This document shows positions 60,322 through 64,000 of a stretch of DNA of 64,000 nucleotides, one piece after another; position 1 is the first letter of the stretch; the number at the start of each line of letters is the position of its first letter. The DNA lies in contig JBBRPP010000002.1 in assembly GCA_038227995.1 (NCBI GenBank), positions 159,416-223,415 of the forward strand. The letters run 5' to 3'. Below the pieces are notes generated by a model. The model was not told where the DNA came from, made no database searches, and was given only the letters and a program-made list of their open reading frames with translations. The position numbers and the translations under genes were made by a program. This DNA comes from Acidimicrobiales bacterium. Its GTDB lineage: Bacteria; Actinomycetota; Acidimicrobiia; Acidimicrobiales; Ilumatobacteraceae.

Positions 60322-61731
60322 TCACGTTGCGTTGTTTGATTGCCACCAAACGTCGAGCCGGGACCGAACCTCGTCGTCGCCGAGCATGCCTTCGTCGAGG
60401 CGCAGTTCGAGCAGGAACTTCATCGCCTGGCCGACCTTCGGACCCGGTGCCAACCCGAGGTGTTGCATCACCGCCGTGCCATCCATCTCGGGGCGGATCG
60501 CGCGCAGTTCCTCGTGGGCGGCGAGGTCGGCGATGCGCCGTTCCAGCTCGTCCATCCGCCGGCTCAGCATCTGCGCCTTCTTCTCATTGCGTGTCGTGCA
60601 GTCGCAGCGGGTGAGCACGTTCAGTTCGGCGAGGTACGGACCGGCATCGTTCACATACCGGCGCACCGCTGAGTCGGTCCAGCCGGCCTCGTAGCCGTGG
60701 AACCGCAAGTGCAACGCGACGAGTTCGGTGATCGCCTCGACATCGTCGTTGCTGTAGCGGAGGGCTTGCAGCCGTGTCCGCGTCATCCGCGCTCCGACGA
60801 CTTCGTGATGATGGAACGTGACGCCCTTTCCCTTCATGTACCCGCGCGTGCGCGGCTTGCCCACGTCGTGCATCAGCGCGGCGATGCGTGTGCGGCGGAA
60901 GTCGAAGTCGCCGGGGAAGTCACGGCTGACGTTCTCGACCACCGCGATCGTGTGGGTGAGGACGTCCTTGTGGCGATGGATCGGGTCCTGTTCCAGGCGC
61001 ATGCCGGGCAACTCCGGCAGGAACTCGTCGGCCAGACCGGTGTCGACGAGGAAGAACAGGCCGGCAGCCGGATGGTCGACGACGAGCAGTTTGTCGAGCT
61101 CGTCACGAATGCGCTCGGCCGAGACGATCGACAGCCGGCCGTGCATCGCACGAACGGCCTCGACCACTTCGTCGGTGGGCTGCAACTGATAACCCGCCAG
61201 GAAGCGAGCGGCGCGCAACATCCGCAGCGGATCGTCGCTGAAGCTGATCTCGGGGCTCAGCGGCGTACGCAGTGTCTTCGTCGCGAGGTCGGCTGCGCCG
61301 CCGAACGGGTCCACCAGCACCGGTGCACCGGCGGTGAGTTCGAGGGCCATCGCGTTGACGGTGAAGTCGCGGCGGGACAGGTCTGCCTCGATCTCGTCGG
61401 CGAAGGTGACCTCCGGTTTGCGCGAGTCGTCGTTGTACACCTCGGCCCGATGGGTCGTGATCTCGTACAACCGCTCGCCCTTCTTGGCGCCGATCGTGCC
61501 GAAGCGCTCGCCTTGGGTCCAGATCGCGTCAGCCCAACCCTGGAGGCAGGCCTTGATCTCGGCCGGGCGGGCATCGGTCGTGGCGTCGTAATCACGATCG
61601 TCGTTGGCGCGGTTGATGATCAGGTCGCGCACCGTGCCACCGACGAGGTACAGACGCTTGCCGGCCGCGCGGAATCGTTCGGTGAGCGGTTCGAGCTCGT
61701 CGAGCACAGGGGCGAAGCGGTCCGGGATCAT
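60322..61731 (-). CDS. CCA tRNA nucleotidyltransferase (class II, with HD domain).
   Basis: LYLVGGTVRDLIINRANDDRDYDATTDARP nucleotidyltransferase head. HD motif region MHDVGKP. Confidence 0.85.
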   Translation of the reverse strand: MIPDRFAPVLDELEPLTERFRAAGKRLYLVGGTVRDLIINRANDDRDYDATTDARPAEIKACLQGWADAIWTQGERFGTIGAKKGERLYEITTHRAEVYNDDSRKPEVTFADEIEADLSRRDFTVNAMALELTAGAPVLVDPFGGAADLATKTLRTPLSPEISFSDDPLRMLRAARFLAGYQLQPTDEVVEAVRAMHGRLSIVSAERIRDELDKLLVVDHPAAGLFFLVDTGLADEFLPELPGMRLEQDPIHRHKDVLTHTIAVVENVSRDFPGDFDFRRTRIAALMHDVGKPRTRGYMKGKGVTFHHHEVVGARMTRTRLQALRYSNDDVEAITELVALHLRFHGYEAGWTDSAVRRYVNDAGPYLAELNVLTRCDCTTRNEKKAQMLSRRMDELERRIADLAAHEELRAIRPEMDGTAVMQHLGLAPGPKVGQAMKFLLELRLDEGMLGDDEVRSRLDVWWQSNNAT

Positions 61732-61797
61732 GGCATGCACAGGCTAGGGGTGGGGCCCCCGGGCAGCGTGGCTCAATACTCGTCGACACTCCGTCAA

Positions 61798-62820
61798 TCA
61801 GTGGCTCAGCGTCGGCAGCAGGTCGCGCCAGATCGACAGACACGCATCGACGTGGTCGTCTCCCGGACCACCGCTCGTCGCTGCTTCGGGGACGACATCC
61901 CGGCCAACGAGCGCGCCGAGCGCCGCCGCCGTGCACATCCGCAGTGCGTCGAGGTCGTAGCCGCCCTCGAGCATCACCAGCCGCCTCCCGGGTGGGACGA
62001 GGGTGATCGCGCGAGCGGTGAGCGCGGCGTAGTCGCCCGAGGTCAGCCCGAGCTCGGTGATCGGGTCGTCGCGGTGACCGTCGAAGCCAGCGGAGATGAT
62101 CAGCCACGTCGGCTCGAAGAGCGCGGCCCGCGGCACGACGAGCTCGTCGTACGCGCGGAGGTAGTGATCGCCCGTTGCACCGGGTGGCAGTGGGATGTTC
62201 ATCGTGTAGCCGCGGCCTTCGCCGACGCCGACCTCGCGGAACGAGCCGGTCCCCGGGTACAGCGGCCACTGATGGAACGAGACGAAGAGCACACGTGGGT
62301 CGTCGAGGAACACGGCCTGCGTGCCGTTTCCATGGTGAGCGTCGTAGTCGAGGATCATCACCCGCTCGCCCTGATCGGCCAGCGACATCGCTGCGACCGC
62401 GACGTTGGAGATCAGGCAGAAGCCCATCGATTCGGTCTTGGTCGCGTGATGCCCGGGCGGCCGGACCGCGCAGAACGCAGCGTCGGCCTCGCCGCGTTGG
62501 AGGGCGCTGATCGCCGTGAGGCCGGCCCCGGCAGCGAGCAGCGCGGCGTTCCAGGAACCGGCGCTCATCGAGGTGTCCGGGTCGAGGCGGCCGCCACCCG
62601 CTTCGCTGATGTTCTCCATGTTGGCCAGGTAGGCGGCCGGGTGAACCCGCTCGAGCACCGACAGGGGCGCTGCGACGGGCATCAGCGGGATCAACGCATC
62701 GGACACGTCGGCCAGTTCACTGCCCTCGATCACGGCCGTGAGGCGCTGCGGACGTTCGGGGTGATTGCGACCTGCGATGTGATCGAGGTAGGCCGGGTGG
62801 GTCGAGAACAGCACGCTCAC
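61798..62820 (-). CDS. Histone-deacetylase-family (AcuC/arginase-fold) amidohydrolase.
   Basis: PPGHHA, DYDAHHGNGTQ, SAGFDGHRDDP motifs. Confidence 0.85.
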   Translation of the reverse strand: MSVLFSTHPAYLDHIAGRNHPERPQRLTAVIEGSELADVSDALIPLMPVAAPLSVLERVHPAAYLANMENISEAGGGRLDPDTSMSAGSWNAALLAAGAGLTAISALQRGEADAAFCAVRPPGHHATKTESMGFCLISNVAVAAMSLADQGERVMILDYDAHHGNGTQAVFLDDPRVLFVSFHQWPLYPGTGSFREVGVGEGRGYTMNIPLPPGATGDHYLRAYDELVVPRAALFEPTWLIISAGFDGHRDDPITELGLTSGDYAALTARAITLVPPGRRLVMLEGGYDLDALRMCTAAALGALVGRDVVPEAATSGGPGDDHVDACLSIWRDLLPTLSH

Positions 62821-62932
62821 CGCTCCAGACTACGGGCCGCAGCCAACACCCGACGCGTGCCCACCCGCTACCGTCTGCCTCGTGAGTTCGCGTGTTCGCG
62901 CCGGGTCGGCGCCGTCGACCGCTTGGCCGGTC

Positions 62933-63637
62933 ATGCTGCGCAGTGGTGACGGGCGCGCCCGCGTGCGTCCGTGGTGGCACGATCCCACCGTCGCCCAGCT
63001 CACGTTCATCGACCACGGCGTCGTTCCGACCAGCACGGTGTTGCGCGTGTGGCTGTCCGAACTTCGCTCCCGCGGGTTCACCTCGGTCCGTACCGGAGCG
63101 GTCACCGACGCCGGAGCAGACATCCTCGGACGACAAGGATTCGACGTCCTGCAGCGTTTGTTCCTGCTCGACCTGTCACTCATCGGTTGGCGTCCACCGG
63201 CCCAACCTGCTGCCAGAACGCGCCGCCTTCGTGTACGCGAACGGCCGGCGGCCGCCGCAGTCGATCGAGTTGCGTTCAGCGACGTGTGGGCCATCGATGC
63301 AACCGGTGTGGACGAAACATGTCAGGCGACACCATCGCACCGCGCCCGAGCCGTCGACGACGAGCACCTCGGTCTCGCCGGCTACGCGATCACCGGTCGC
63401 GCCGAGCACACCGGTTACCTGCAACGGTTGGCGGTCCACCCCGACAGCCAAGGCCACGGCTTCGGACTGGCACTCACTCGCGATTCACTCGTCTGGATGC
63501 AACGCCGGCGCCTCACCCGCGCCGTCGTCAACACCCACACGGACAACACCGTTGCGCTCGGGCTGTACCAACGGGTCGGATTTCGCGTCCTGCCCCAGAA
63601 CCTCGTCGTGCTCACCCGTCGCCTCGACGATGTCTGA
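62933..63637 (+). CDS. GNAT-family N-acetyltransferase.
   Basis: C-terminal acetyl-CoA motif QRLAVHPDSQGHGFGLAL ... LGLYQRVGF. Start uncertain (62882 or 62933). Confidence 0.6.
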   Translation: MLRSGDGRARVRPWWHDPTVAQLTFIDHGVVPTSTVLRVWLSELRSRGFTSVRTGAVTDAGADILGRQGFDVLQRLFLLDLSLIGWRPPAQPAARTRRLRVRERPAAAAVDRVAFSDVWAIDATGVDETCQATPSHRARAVDDEHLGLAGYAITGRAEHTGYLQRLAVHPDSQGHGFGLALTRDSLVWMQRRRLTRAVVNTHTDNTVALGLYQRVGFRVLPQNLVVLTRRLDDV

Positions 63638-63682
63638 TGGCGTCATGTCATCGGCACGGTTTCGGGCCATGATGCATCCCGC

Positions 63683-64000
63683 ATGAAAGCCCTGAGGCGC
63701 GCCCTGGTGCCGCTCATCCCCGTCGCCGCGCTGCTGTTCGCTGCTCCGGTCGCCACGACGGCGGGAGCCCGTCCGTTGCGCGCCGACACCTCGACGGCTC
63801 CGGTGGTCACCTTGGTGCATCAGGCGCTGGCGTTGGCCCCCGACCAGGACCTGGCGATCCAGGTTGCCATCGATCCACCGCTCACGGCCGACTCGCAGAT
63901 CTCGGTCACCTCGTACCAGAAGGTCAGCCGGCGTCGCGACTTCACGCTGGCGACGCAACACCACTTCGGGCAACGTCTCGATCCGGTGAAGCTCGACATG
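63683..64000 (+). CDS. Secreted hypothetical protein, truncated by the window end.
   Basis: ATG 63683. MKALRRALVPLIPVAALLFAAPVATTAGA signal peptide. Open to the end of the window. Confidence 0.4.
   Translation, partial: MKALRRALVPLIPVAALLFAAPVATTAGARPLRADTSTAPVVTLVHQALALAPDQDLAIQVAIDPPLTADSQISVTSYQKVSRRRDFTLATQHHFGQRLDPVKLDM

Noticed and set aside
60697-62949. 750-aa plus ORF, also 58882..60207 (441 aa)
   Set aside because: Antisense to the CCA-adding enzyme / HDAC genes and to the membrane GGDEF-EAL gene respectively.

Overview
High-GC (~68-70% by eye) actinobacterial chromosomal segment, gene-dense on both strands. No rRNA, CRISPR array, integrase or transposase was seen.

Two caveats on the ORF track. 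It writes GTG/TTG starts as 'M'. It also omits ORFs that run off the window edge, so a >1060-codon minus-strand gene at 1..3186 and a plus-strand gene starting at 63683 are not listed.

Content by block:
(1) Cell-surface/adhesion locus: a truncated secreted protein with a Cna B-type domain (1..3186, -); a LAL/LuxR ATPase regulator; a Tat-exported polysaccharide deacetylase; a TetR regulator; a 2133-aa LPTTG-anchored multi-repeat adhesin (7638..14012, -); a secreted parallel beta-helix protein with a short collagen-like stretch; tRNA-Ala(TGC); a degenerate-receiver PAS-GGDEF-EAL protein; and a sortase followed directly by an LPRTG-anchored ice-binding-like (DUF3494) protein.
(2) A small-molecule tailoring neighbourhood: LLM monooxygenase, PhyH dioxygenase, MFS exporter, a divergent SHMT-fold PLP enzyme, an alpha/beta hydrolase, a SnoaL-like protein and an MmyB-like regulator. 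It is interrupted by a visibly lower-GC island carrying a beta-class (SPPY motif) DNA methyltransferase with an unassigned ~180-aa C-terminal domain, flanked by two small ORFs.
(3) Flotillin/NfeD, a polyamine ABC transporter, a Rieske oxygenase and an FAD reductase.
(4) A 1641-aa adenylyl cyclase / AAA_16 / nSTAND NTPase / TM / beta-propeller protein.
(5) OYE-type reductase, an APH-kinase / M23 / class-III aminotransferase fusion, PfkB kinase, DinB-like protein, PriA/HisA, a DUF222-HNH (REP13E12-like) element with atypical codon usage, DsbA, GGCT-like protein, a SAM methyltransferase, a membrane PAS-GGDEF-EAL protein, CCA-adding enzyme, an HDAC-family protein and a GNAT.

Most notable non-coding observation: an 18-nt imperfect palindrome (17/18 identical) occurs twice, in the promoter regions of the LAL regulator and of the TetR gene, both beside adhesin genes.

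All calls are from motif reading by eye. No database searches were run.
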